A stretch of 34,060 bases of DNA from a virus (lineage: Duplodnaviria; Caudoviricetes): IMG/VR virus record IMGVR_UViG_3300032274_000030, positions 1-34,060 of that record; one strand, written 5' to 3'. The position numbers and the translations under genes are program-made. This document shows, piece by piece, positions 1 to 8,079 of the stretch (its first letter is position 1; the number at the start of each line of letters is the position of its first letter). The notes beneath the pieces are model-generated. The model searched no databases, had not been told where the DNA came from, and worked only from the letters and a program-made list of their open reading frames with translations.

Positions 1-122
1 CACTTTTGTCTTCGACGGTCCCATGTTCGACCATGCTTTAGATATAGAAATGGGTGAGGTTGTTACGCGGGATGGTTTTGTGTTCGCGGATTGCTGGTTG
101 CGTGAAGTGCAGTCTAATTAAG

Positions 123-127
123 CTTAA
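123..127 (+). repeat. 5-bp target-site duplication, left copy (CTTAA)
   Basis: Identical to 33934-33938. 5-bp duplication is the hallmark of Mu-type transposition. Confidence 0.9.
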
Positions 128-290
128 TGTGGGGGAGTGTTTGATTTGGCACATGGGAGGAAGCACATTAAAACGGGAGGAAACGGGATAGGTATGCGGA
201 ATACAGCATATTTTAACCAAATAAATACACACGTTAAATTTGCATAAAAATAAACACAGATTAACCAAATATGCGCATTATTTGGCACAA
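128..290 (+). promoter_or_regulatory. Left end (attL) with putative transposase-binding sites
   Basis: ATTTGGCAC at 144-152 and 280-288, the reverse complement of the right-end GTGCCAAAT. Confidence 0.75.
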
Positions 291-316
291 AGTACGCATA
301 ATTTAAAAATTCGTAA

Positions 317-1048
317 TTACATACGCCGTCCAGACCACACCACTCGACCAATTATGTGCAGCAAAACGGCATTGTCAGCTGACAGGGTCTCAGGTTCGTA
401 CTGCTGATTATCACTTTTAACGACTACACTTCCATCTAGCTTTAGCTGCATACGCTTTACTCTCAGCTCACCATTAGTGGCAAAGGCGTAGATCGCATCT
501 TGTTTGACACCCACCCCATTACAATCAATCAATAGCAGGTCTCCGGCACGTAAGGTCGGCTCCATCGAGTCTCCAATAGCGCTGATTAAAAGCAAGTTTT
601 TTGGATTGGCACCGAGTTCAGTGCGCACCCACTCTTCACGAAAGGCTAGGTGATCAACGATCTGCTCGCTATGTATCACAGAGCCATTCCCCATACTAGC
701 GGCTACGTCGTAGCGAGGAACCAGCACAAACCCGTGTGGGGCTTGTGCTAGTTCCGTTGTTGGCTCGCTTACGCCAAGCGCCATATGTATTCCAGAGGCG
801 GACTTATTGTGATCGTCGACAAGCGGTTTAAGTTCGTCCAATAACATCGAACCCTCACCTGTTAGAACCCAATTAATGCTGATGCCTAAACGCGCAATCC
901 CTGCAAGTGCATCAGACCCGGGTTCGCTTGGCCCGCTTTCATATTTTCGATAGGTGCTAGCCGGTATTCCAAATTTGGACGCTGCATTCGTTTGGCTAAT
1001 ACCCATATTTTCGCGAATACATCGCAATCGTTTGGCGATTGAATTCAT
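317..1048 (-). CDS. CI-like repressor (XRE HTH + S24 peptidase)
   Basis: N-terminal HTH (RLRCIRENMGISQ...YESG), ASMG cleavage-site region, GDSMEP Ser motif and VKR Lys motif. Divergent position at the left end. Confidence 0.93.
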   Translation of the reverse strand: MNSIAKRLRCIRENMGISQTNAASKFGIPASTYRKYESGPSEPGSDALAGIARLGISINWVLTGEGSMLLDELKPLVDDHNKSASGIHMALGVSEPTTELAQAPHGFVLVPRYDVAASMGNGSVIHSEQIVDHLAFREEWVRTELGANPKNLLLISAIGDSMEPTLRAGDLLLIDCNGVGVKQDAIYAFATNGELRVKRMQLKLDGSVVVKSDNQQYEPETLSADNAVLLHIIGRVVWSGRRM

Positions 1049-1126
1049 TTCGCGCTTTCGGTGATCAAGTGCGAAATGAAAGTGCGAACTGCATCCTTGT
1101 TTCGCACTTTAGTTAACAATTTGTTT
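1049..1126. promoter_or_regulatory. Operator region with four AAAGTGCGAA-like boxes and an IHF-like site
   Basis: TTCGCGCTTT 1049-1058, CAAGTGCGAA 1066-1075, AAAGTGCGAA 1079-1088, TTCGCACTTT 1101-1110. AACAATTTGTTT follows and is one mismatch from the IHF consensus. Confidence 0.65.
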
Positions 1127-1149
1127 TTATTGGACAATATCAACACTCC

Positions 1150-1988
1150 TCAATACAGTAGGCACGTCACGCCTACTAATGCAGTTTCCTGAGTTTTTAG
1201 AATGGTGTGAGAAACAAGTTGAAGACTACAACAATCGCCCACATCGCGGCCTAGGCAAGATCGCTGACCCAATTACTCGAAAGCGTCGCCACCCCTCACC
1301 AAACGAAGCATGGTCAGCCGCCATAACAGACGGCTGGGAAGCGGAGATGCTCAAGCCTGGCGAAGCTGATGACCTTTTCCGCCCATACAAGATCGGCAAG
1401 ACACACCGTGCCGAAGTGAGCCTGTTTGGCAATACTTATTTCAATCGTGATCTGGAGCATTACCACGGCGAACAAGTCCGCATCGGCTACGACATACACG
1501 ACGGCACAAAGGTTTGGGTGCGCGACATGAAAGGCCGTTTGATCTGCATCGCTGAATTCGAAGCCAATAAAAAAGCCTACTTCCCACAATCGCAGATTGA
1601 CGTAGCAAACCGCAAACGCGCCGAAGGCCGGATTAAGCGCGCAGCGGCACATATCGAAGAGGCAGAAGCCGAACTTAACCCACCGCTGGTGATTGAGCAT
1701 CAGCAAAGTGTTCACGTGCCTGAGTTTAGTTTTAAGGAAATGCCGATCAGCGAACGCGTGAGTGAAGTAGCAGTTGGCGTGCCAACGATTCAAGCCGAAC
1801 CGCTACCTGATAACGCAGCGTACCTGCCCGTTAAGCGGCCCGTATTTACTACCGATTCAGCCAAGTTCCGTTGGCTCAGGACTAACCCTAGCCAAGTAAC
1901 AGATCAAGACAATACATGGCTTGATTGGTATTGCAACACAGGCGAGTGGGAGGATTTGTTTGGAGATGATTTGGAGGCTGCCCTATAG
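1150..1988 (+). pseudogene. MuA-type transposase, C-terminal fragment only
   Basis: YNNRPHRGL...SPNEAW and YDIHDGTKVWVRD (Mu transposase C-terminal) motifs. Only 269 aa from ATG 1179, with no RBS. N-terminal DNA-binding and DDE regions and ner are absent. Confidence 0.85.
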
Positions 1989-2052
1989 CCCGAACTATGG
2001 GCAGCCGATGCAGCAGTAGCAACTAGAAGTAACCACAAGAGGGAGTATAGAA

Positions 2053-2805
2053 GTGAAAAGAATCTTCGTCAAAAACATTAAGAATTACGAGCGATTTCGT
2101 ACTGGCATTTCAGCGGTCGAGACACGTGGTGCATCGGAGGCCAGCTTAATGCTTGTCACCGCGCCCGCTGGCTATGGCAAAAGCCAAACAGTTGACCATT
2201 GGGCTGTCGCTAACGGTGCGGCTTACTTGCGAGCCAAAGTCGAATGGACACCGCGCTACTTTATGACCGAGCTGGCCGAGACGTTGAAACTGGACTCACG
2301 CGGACGCGCCAAGGATATTTTTGGGCGCATTGCTGGTGTGCTTGGTGGGCAACAAATACCGCTAGTGATTGACGAAGTTGAACACTGTTTGCGTGATGGT
2401 GCGCAAGTACTTGAAGCCATCCGCGACCTTTCCGACTTAACCGAGGTGATCGTGATATTGGTTGGCATGGATCAAGTACAAGCCAAGATCGCACGCCACG
2501 CACAGATAAGCAGCCGCATCGCCAAAGTGGTTGAGTTCCTCCCTACCCCGATGGAAGACGTTGCCGAGTTTTGCAAGCAGCTCGCAGAGGTGAGCATCGC
2601 GCCTGATCTGGTCGCCGAGATACACAAGCAATCTGGTGGACGGGTGCGGGAAATAATGAATGCGATCGCTACCGTTGAGCAGACAGCCAAGCGCAACAGC
2701 AATCTGGAAGTCTGCCTGCAAGACATGGCAGGACAAGTGCTTACGCATGATTGGCAGGCGCGCCGCCCGCGTGTTGTGGCTGCGACTAGAGGGGGGATGA
2801 GATGA
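2053..2805 (+). CDS. MuB-like AAA+ transposition ATPase
   Basis: Walker A APAGYGKS, Walker B LVIDEVE, ILVGM and SSRI motifs. Follows the transposase. RBS GGGAG. Confidence 0.9.
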   Translation: MKRIFVKNIKNYERFRTGISAVETRGASEASLMLVTAPAGYGKSQTVDHWAVANGAAYLRAKVEWTPRYFMTELAETLKLDSRGRAKDIFGRIAGVLGGQQIPLVIDEVEHCLRDGAQVLEAIRDLSDLTEVIVILVGMDQVQAKIARHAQISSRIAKVVEFLPTPMEDVAEFCKQLAEVSIAPDLVAEIHKQSGGRVREIMNAIATVEQTAKRNSNLEVCLQDMAGQVLTHDWQARRPRVVAATRGGMR

Positions 2806-3050
2806 AAGCATTTTGTTGGGCAGAAGGAAATATTGAGTTCGGTAGATCGACTCCAGAGGGTGCATTGGAAATCGCATCAGCACCAGCCACGCGGCTTCGA
2901 AAAACAATTACTACAACCGCACGTCATTCCTATGACGGAAAGATTTTATTTGTTCCTGGTGTGCCTGAAGCGGAAAGCGGAAGAGAAGCGGTTGATGCAG
3001 TGATTACCTATTGCAATTGGCTCAAGCCAATGTTTACGGAGGCCCGTTAA
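2802..3050 (+). CDS. Mu-like early protein (host-nuclease-inhibitor-annotated family)
   Basis: A.CWA.G.IEFG...PEGA...ARH.YDG..L.VPGVPEA pattern. ATGA overlap with MuB. Confidence 0.6.
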   Translation: MKAFCWAEGNIEFGRSTPEGALEIASAPATRLRKTITTTARHSYDGKILFVPGVPEAESGREAVDAVITYCNWLKPMFTEAR

Positions 3051-3656
3051 ATGGTTTGGACAGCTCAACAATTATTAAAGGCAATTCGCGACTCTGGCAT
3101 GCGCGAGTGCGTCACTGAAACGCGCTTAGTTGAGCTGACTGGCCTTACGCCACAGCAGGTCGAGAAAGCTACCCTCACGCTGCGCCGTAACCATCTACTG
3201 GAAAAAACTGGGCAAGGTTGCCACACGCTCACCAGCGCGGGAATCGAAGCACTTAAATCTGGTGCAAAGGTATGTTCTGGCCCAAGGGGCGCACGTAAAC
3301 ACGGCAAACGTATTGTGAAAAATAGTCTGCGCATCCGTGTCTGGCATGCGATTCGGATTCGTCGTAAATTTTCCATACCCGACATCGTTGAGTTGGTAGT
3401 TGAGGGAACAGAGCGCGGGAATATCACCAGCAATGTACAGAAATACATTCGCGCCTTGTTTAAGGCGGGATACCTGATTGAAATGCCGAAACGTGAAGCG
3501 GGATCAGCCGTTACCAGCAACGGGTTTAAGCGCTGGTGGTTGTTGGATGAAAAAGACACTGGCCGATTAGCTCCAGTCTGGCGCGCTGAAAGACAAACCG
3601 TGTTCGACCGTAACACCAACGAAGAACACGATATCAGCAAAGGAGAGGACGCATGA
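3051..3656 (+). CDS. Hypothetical tandem winged-helix DNA-binding protein
   Basis: RVWHAIRIRRKFSIPDI...YIRALFKAGYL...DTGRLAP pattern typical of Mu-like early genes. Confidence 0.75.
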   Translation: MVWTAQQLLKAIRDSGMRECVTETRLVELTGLTPQQVEKATLTLRRNHLLEKTGQGCHTLTSAGIEALKSGAKVCSGPRGARKHGKRIVKNSLRIRVWHAIRIRRKFSIPDIVELVVEGTERGNITSNVQKYIRALFKAGYLIEMPKREAGSAVTSNGFKRWWLLDEKDTGRLAPVWRAERQTVFDRNTNEEHDISKGEDA

Positions 3657-3970
3657 AAGACTGGCTCACCATCCTCAAAGAAGAGGTCGTAAAGACCAGC
3701 AAGACGGAAGTTGCGGCAAATCTTGGCTATAACAACCACACCACAATATCACTGGTATTAGCAGGAAAGTATCCGGCCAAGACAGACAAGGTTGCAGCCA
3801 ATGTGCTGGATACCTATGCCCGTATCACCTGCCCACATACAGACGTTGAGATAACCCATGCCGAGTGCCGGTATTTTTCCACCAGCTCGGTACCAACCAG
3901 CAGCCCGCAAGCAATGCGCCACTGGCGTGCGTGTAAAAGCTGCGTTCATAAAGGAGACAGCAATGTGTAA
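3653..3970 (+). CDS. HTH protein with C-terminal Cys motif
   Basis: VAANLGY..TTISLVLAGKYP HTH and CPH...C...WRACKSC. ATGA overlap and GGAG RBS. Confidence 0.75.
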   Translation: MKDWLTILKEEVVKTSKTEVAANLGYNNHTTISLVLAGKYPAKTDKVAANVLDTYARITCPHTDVEITHAECRYFSTSSVPTSSPQAMRHWRACKSCVHKGDSNV

Positions 3971-4247
3971 TTTATCACTCGTTGAATCAGGCAGAAAAGC
4001 AGAACGTTTTTTATTGGCCGAGCAAGCACATGAATGTGTGCAGTGGCTTAAATCTCAAGGGCTGGCCGTGATCAATGTTGAAAAAGGCAGCACCGGAGCA
4101 CGGATCAACATCAACAAGAGCCATTTGTGTAAAAAGTTTGAAGGCATTGTGAGCGCGTATGAGCGCACTGGTGGGCGTGAGCTGCGCTACAGCTATGTGT
4201 ATCGCTTTGATTGTGAAGTGCGCTGGATTGAAGGGAGCGTGCAATGA
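3963..4247 (+). CDS. Hypothetical protein
   Basis: AAGGAG RBS before ATG 3963. Overlaps its neighbours in the operon. Confidence 0.7.
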   Translation: MCNLSLVESGRKAERFLLAEQAHECVQWLKSQGLAVINVEKGSTGARININKSHLCKKFEGIVSAYERTGGRELRYSYVYRFDCEVRWIEGSVQ

Positions 4248-4489
4248 ATCCGGTACGCACAACAGGTTTCAAGTGTGGAGATTGCGGTGAACTGTATAGC
4301 GATGAAGACTCTGCGGTGATGTGTTGCGCACCAAAGGCAGTAGAGGTTGATCTATGGAAATGCAGCGAGTGCGGAAATGAGTACGACGATGAAGACGAAG
4401 CGCGCTACTGCTGTCTCGATGAAGATGTCGTATTGCCTGCGACACCAGGACAACTTGAGGCCGCGGGTCAACAAAGGCTGGCGATATAA
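4244..4489 (+). CDS. Small Zn-ribbon protein with two CxxC...CC repeats
   Basis: FKCGDCGELYSDEDSAVMCC / WKCSECGNEYDDEDEARYCC internal repeat. Confidence 0.75.
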   Translation: MNPVRTTGFKCGDCGELYSDEDSAVMCCAPKAVEVDLWKCSECGNEYDDEDEARYCCLDEDVVLPATPGQLEAAGQQRLAI

Positions 4490-4505
4490 GGCGAAGTGTT
4501 GATGA

Positions 4506-4691
4506 ATGGAAGACGAATACGAATACGAAGAGCGCGCAGCGATTATGGAGTACTGCGGAAAGATGACCCGAAGAGCCGCAGAGAAAGCCGCGCGAAAGTT
4601 GACCCACGTAGCGGTCGTGACTTCACCCAAAAAACTTGGCCCTAGCTACTGCGAATTTAAAGATTTCTGGGAAAACAGAAAAAAATTTTAG
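4506..4691 (+). CDS. Hypothetical protein (EERAAIMEY motif)
   Basis: YEERAAIMEY.G...R..AE motif typical of small phage proteins. Confidence 0.6.
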   Translation: MEDEYEYEERAAIMEYCGKMTRRAAEKAARKLTHVAVVTSPKKLGPSYCEFKDFWENRKKF

Positions 4692-4908
4692 GAGGCAAGT
4701 GCGTCATGACATCAGCGCGCTGCGCGACGAAGGGCAAGCGGTCTGCGGAACCCCCGCTCACGGCTATTACATTGCCGCCACAACCGAGGAGCTTGAGGAA
4801 ACCTGCGCCCTCCTACACAACCGCGCCATGCATAGCCTCAAACTCGAAGCGCGTCTGCGCCAAACCCCGCTGGCCGATCTGATTGGGCAGCTTCACTTAG
4901 CAATTTAA
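4690..4908 (+). pseudogene. N-terminally truncated Mu-like winged-HTH protein
   Basis: RQVR..I..LR.EG..VCGTP..GYYIA.T.EEL...RA..SL...L.GQL.L C-terminal part. No credible start codon or N-terminal helix. Confidence 0.55.
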
Positions 4909-4922
4909 AGAAGGAGATAAAA

Positions 4923-5546
4923 ATGCACGCAGAATCCCAAGCTGTACCGGAAAATTTACGTCTAAAGCACGACGGCTCGTATGTTCCCATAGGAAAAATC
5001 AAGCCAATTGATATCGCCAGAGATGATTTAGTGAAAGAAATCGTTGAGCGAGCCAAGCCGCTCTCGGGTGACATAGCCGCATTCAAGCTTCGCACGTTTG
5101 CCGATATACAGGCATTCATCGAAATGTCTGCTGAGCAATATGGCGCGAGGATCGGCGGCAGTAAAGGAAATGTCACGCTGATGTCTTTTGACGGCCGTTA
5201 CAAAATACAACGTGCTATATCCGAGCAAATCACCTTCGGAGAGCAGCTGCAAGCCGCCAAAGCACTAATTGACGAATGCATCCACACTTGGAGCGAAGGC
5301 GCAAATGACAATATCCGTGTGCTGGTCAACGGCGCATTTCAGGTCGACAAGGAAGGCAATATCAGCATCAGCCGAGTGTTTGGACTGCGCGCACTAGACA
5401 TTAAAGACACCAAGTGGCTTAACGCCATGCAAGCCATCAGTGACGCGGTGCAAGTCGTGAGCAGCAAAGCCTACATCCGCATTTTTGAGCGCGTTGGGGA
5501 GAGCGATCAGTGGTTACCTATCCCTCTAGACGTGGCGAAGTCCTGA
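4923..5546 (+). CDS. DUF3164-family Mu-like protein
   Basis: GG.KGNVTL.SFDG, AKALIDEC...WS, AFQVDKEG and SK.YIR..ER motifs. Strong AAGGAG RBS. Confidence 0.85.
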   Translation: MHAESQAVPENLRLKHDGSYVPIGKIKPIDIARDDLVKEIVERAKPLSGDIAAFKLRTFADIQAFIEMSAEQYGARIGGSKGNVTLMSFDGRYKIQRAISEQITFGEQLQAAKALIDECIHTWSEGANDNIRVLVNGAFQVDKEGNISISRVFGLRALDIKDTKWLNAMQAISDAVQVVSSKAYIRIFERVGESDQWLPIPLDVAKS

Positions 5547-5547
5547 C

Positions 5548-5670
5548 ATGATTACCCCTATCTTTATCGGCTTGGCACTTATCTTGGCACCACTTAGTAT
5601 CTTAGGCTTGCTGTGGGCTGCGGGGCTGATCGAATATGAACAAGGAGATGACGACCATGCGGAAAACTAA
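5548..5670 (+). CDS. 40-aa single-TM membrane peptide
   Basis: MITPIFIGLALILAPLSILGLLWAAGLIEYEQGDDDHAEN. Starts 2 nt after the previous stop and fills the gap. Below the ORF-track cutoff. Confidence 0.55.
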   Translation: MITPIFIGLALILAPLSILGLLWAAGLIEYEQGDDDHAEN

Positions 5671-5842
5671 ACAAATGTGGATGCGAACCGCGATGCTGGC
5701 ATCGCATAAGCGCCGAGGCGCTGAAATGTCCGTTAGAGGCCATGCCAGCCAATCTATTGTTATGCGACGTGGCTGCCAGCACTGGGAAAAATGGCGGCGG
5801 CGTGGGCTTCTTAAACAGATTTTGAGAGGGGTGGCGGCATGA
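5657..5842 (+). CDS. Small basic hypothetical protein
   Basis: AAGGAG RBS. ATGA overlap with gemA. Confidence 0.55.
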   Translation: MRKTKQMWMRTAMLASHKRRGAEMSVRGHASQSIVMRRGCQHWEKWRRRGLLKQILRGVAA

Positions 5843-6270
5843 GCAGAATAACCGACATCAAACGCCGCGAAATTCAGCTGATCAAGATCGCGCAAAAGCA
5901 GCTTGGCATGGATGAAACCACCTACCGCGCCATGTTGTTTAAAGTAGCGCGGGTGAAGAGCAGCACACAGCTGGATGCAGCCGGACGCAAAGCCGTACTA
6001 GATCACCTCAAGAGCTGTGGATTTAAGGTTATGCCCAAGCCAAACGAATGGGCGTTTATCGACAATGCGGTCAAAAATCGCCAGCCACTGCTGCGCAAGG
6101 TCTGCATGGTGTGCAAAAGCCTGCGAGTGGGAAAGGCCTACGCTGAAGGCGCAGCCAAGCGCCAGAGCGGCGTAGAACGAAAATTAGAAATGATGGATAC
6201 CGTACAGCTGCTACTCCTCGTTGGCGCACTAGAACACACCCGCAAGAACAAAGAAAGCCGCAATGGTTAA
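5839..6270 (+). CDS. gemA: GemA / Mu gp16 (DUF1018) regulatory protein
   Basis: I.IAQKQLGMDETTYRAML.....KSS..L......VLDHLK..GF motif, upstream of mor. Confidence 0.85.
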   Translation: MSRITDIKRREIQLIKIAQKQLGMDETTYRAMLFKVARVKSSTQLDAAGRKAVLDHLKSCGFKVMPKPNEWAFIDNAVKNRQPLLRKVCMVCKSLRVGKAYAEGAAKRQSGVERKLEMMDTVQLLLLVGALEHTRKNKESRNG

Positions 6271-6655
6271 AGATGTGACCGCGTCCACCTTAACCGTCTT
6301 GCTCGACATCATCAGCATCATCGGCGAAGCGGACGCGCTGAAACTCGTCGCATGCTACGGCGGACAAACACCGCGCATCCCCGCGCTACGCAATGTCAAC
6401 AAAGACCACCCAATGGCGCAGTGCATCGGGCTGGAAAAACTAACAATGCTAGCCAAGGAAAAAGGCGGCAGCTGGCTGTATGTAGCCAAGTGCGACCGTT
6501 GGCTGCGCAAAAAGCGCAACATCAATATTGTGAGCGACTACAGCGACGGCACAAAGGTCGATGAACTGGTGCAGCGCTATCAATTGAGCGATAGACAGAT
6601 ATGGAACATCCTCGGCAAAACGGATATGGATGACAGGCAACAATCATTTTTTTAA
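6263..6655 (+). CDS. mor: Mor/C-family transcription activator
   Basis: IIGE..ALKLV..YGG and RN..I...Y..G..V.EL..RYQLSDRQIWNIL HTH. Confidence 0.88.
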   Translation: MVKDVTASTLTVLLDIISIIGEADALKLVACYGGQTPRIPALRNVNKDHPMAQCIGLEKLTMLAKEKGGSWLYVAKCDRWLRKKRNINIVSDYSDGTKVDELVQRYQLSDRQIWNILGKTDMDDRQQSFF

Positions 6656-6667
6656 AGGAGAAACACC

Positions 6668-6898
6668 ATGAACGAAAACGCCAAAAACCGCGCCATCCTG
6701 CTGCAAGCGCTTTACGAAGCGCGCGAAGCCTACCCGAGCAAGGGCTGGAAAGTCGAACACGAACTGCGCGGGCTGGTCGCTGAACCCGCATTCCCGCTGG
6801 AAATCCTCAAGGAACAGGGCTACATCGAAGCGCGCAATCCGGGCTACCGCATCACCGCCAAGGGCGTGCTGGCCTTCGAGGCTGCGGAACAAGCGTGA
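6668..6898 (+). CDS. Small winged-helix-like hypothetical protein
   Basis: AAGGAG RBS. L.ILKEQGYIE...YRITAKG pattern. Confidence 0.7.
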   Translation: MNENAKNRAILLQALYEAREAYPSKGWKVEHELRGLVAEPAFPLEILKEQGYIEARNPGYRITAKGVLAFEAAEQA

Positions 6899-6947
6899 CA
6901 GGCAGGCTGGGTTGTTTTAAGGTGTGGGATTTCGAGGGGAGAGAATT

Positions 6948-7820
6948 ATGAAAAATATAATATTAGTCGTAATGATGATGGTGACGGGGCTTTCAGGATG
7001 CGGCGGTGGTGGTGGCTCTACTGCCGCTTCAACAACGCCGGCCCACATCTCTTCTGCCGCTGTAGTTAATGCAGAGGCAATCGCATCGTTTGGTGTGGTT
7101 TATACAAAATGGAAAGATGCATTGACTCTCGCCAAAAGCACTCCGCGTATCTCGCTTGCTACGCCGATTTCTGGTATGCAAACTATAAAACAAGATGCGA
7201 CCGTGCTTACTGCCCCTGCATGTTTAAGCAATTCAAAAAAACTACTATTGGACGGTATGAATTTAAGCATTTCCGGTTATTTAGATTTTATGGCGCAAGG
7301 TGCATTGTCACCCTACTACATTCCGGCTGGGGTAAGGCTATTATCCCAATATGAGAAAAACGTAGCGTCTTCTTGCTCATATGTTGCTGGCGGAAGCGGC
7401 GCACTAACAATATCCACACCATTTACAAGCGCTATAGGTATCACCGAGGGCACCCCAAGCCTAAAAGCAGGCAGCAATGAGATTGAATCCACCTATTACA
7501 ACTATTGGTATAGCGCAACCGGGGATACAATATTTCTGCAATATATCGCCAGTGTTTTTGGTGACAAGATGGCTTTTGATGTTGGGTCGTCTTCAACCAA
7601 TCTTTGGGCTGGAACAGATGCCACGCCATCCTATTGCAGTATTGATGGACTGCTTACATCTTTACCGAATTGCAGCACATGGGGAGTTTCGATTAATCGA
7701 GCTTCAGGATCAATTTCTTTTGTTAATACCCCAGTCACCGAAAATTCAAGCGTGTCGCCCTACACCGCTACCGGAAAATCCGGCACCATGACTGGCACAT
7801 TGAACTTTGTCCCGTTTTAA
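6948..7820 (+). CDS. Lipoprotein moron
   Basis: MKNIILVVMMMVTGLSG|C lipobox followed by a GGGGGS linker. AT-richer than its neighbours. RBS GAGGGGAG. Confidence 0.8.
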   Translation: MKNIILVVMMMVTGLSGCGGGGGSTAASTTPAHISSAAVVNAEAIASFGVVYTKWKDALTLAKSTPRISLATPISGMQTIKQDATVLTAPACLSNSKKLLLDGMNLSISGYLDFMAQGALSPYYIPAGVRLLSQYEKNVASSCSYVAGGSGALTISTPFTSAIGITEGTPSLKAGSNEIESTYYNYWYSATGDTIFLQYIASVFGDKMAFDVGSSSTNLWAGTDATPSYCSIDGLLTSLPNCSTWGVSINRASGSISFVNTPVTENSSVSPYTATGKSGTMTGTLNFVPF

Positions 7821-7843
7821 CCCGCAAGCACCTTAATTATTAT

Positions 7844-7873
7844 TTGACAACAGTGCCAAATAGGCCGCAAAAT
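7844..7873 (+). promoter_or_regulatory. Sigma70-like promoter of the c4/Rha cassette
   Basis: TTGACA 7844-7849, 18-bp spacer, CAAAAT 7868-7873. Confidence 0.55.
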
Positions 7874-7954
7874 CCGCGTCACGGTGCCTAAGAACACCAA
7901 GCGTTAGCGGATTCCGCGCCCGAAAGTTGTGGTTTTTTTACGTCCATCGTTCCG

Positions 7955-8040
7955 ATGGCCGGGTGTGCGACTAATAAAAGACCGTGCTTGCACGGGAATA
8001 CGTCCGCCGACTAACGCCGGTTCTTAGACACCTGGCCGCC
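7955..8040 (+). ncRNA. c4-type antisense RNA (P1 c4 / P4 CI-like)
   Basis: Closing stem GGCCGGGTGT 7957-7966 / ACACCTGGCC 8028-8037 and inner hairpin CCGTGC/GCACGG. CTAACGC and GTTCTTAG are complementary to upstream GCGTTAG 7901-7907 and CTAAGAAC 7888-7895, and to CTAAGAAGGAGCGTTA at the rha RBS. Confidence 0.8.
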
Positions 8041-8079
8041 CATAGCCACTGTGGGTTTCCCCTAAGAAGGAGCGTTAAA

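Noticed and set aside
1-127. Host gene starting at ATG 34 on the minus strand
   Set aside because: Only 11 codons are visible, too few to support a call.
3065-3739. Long minus-strand ORFs opposite phage genes (also 10784-11389, 19149-19625, 28589-29053)
   Set aside because: Antisense shadows of well-supported plus-strand genes, with no motifs.
7984-8079. N-terminal extension of Rha from GTG 7984
   Set aside because: Overlaps the c4 RNA. The strong RBS and Rha motif start point to ATG 8080.
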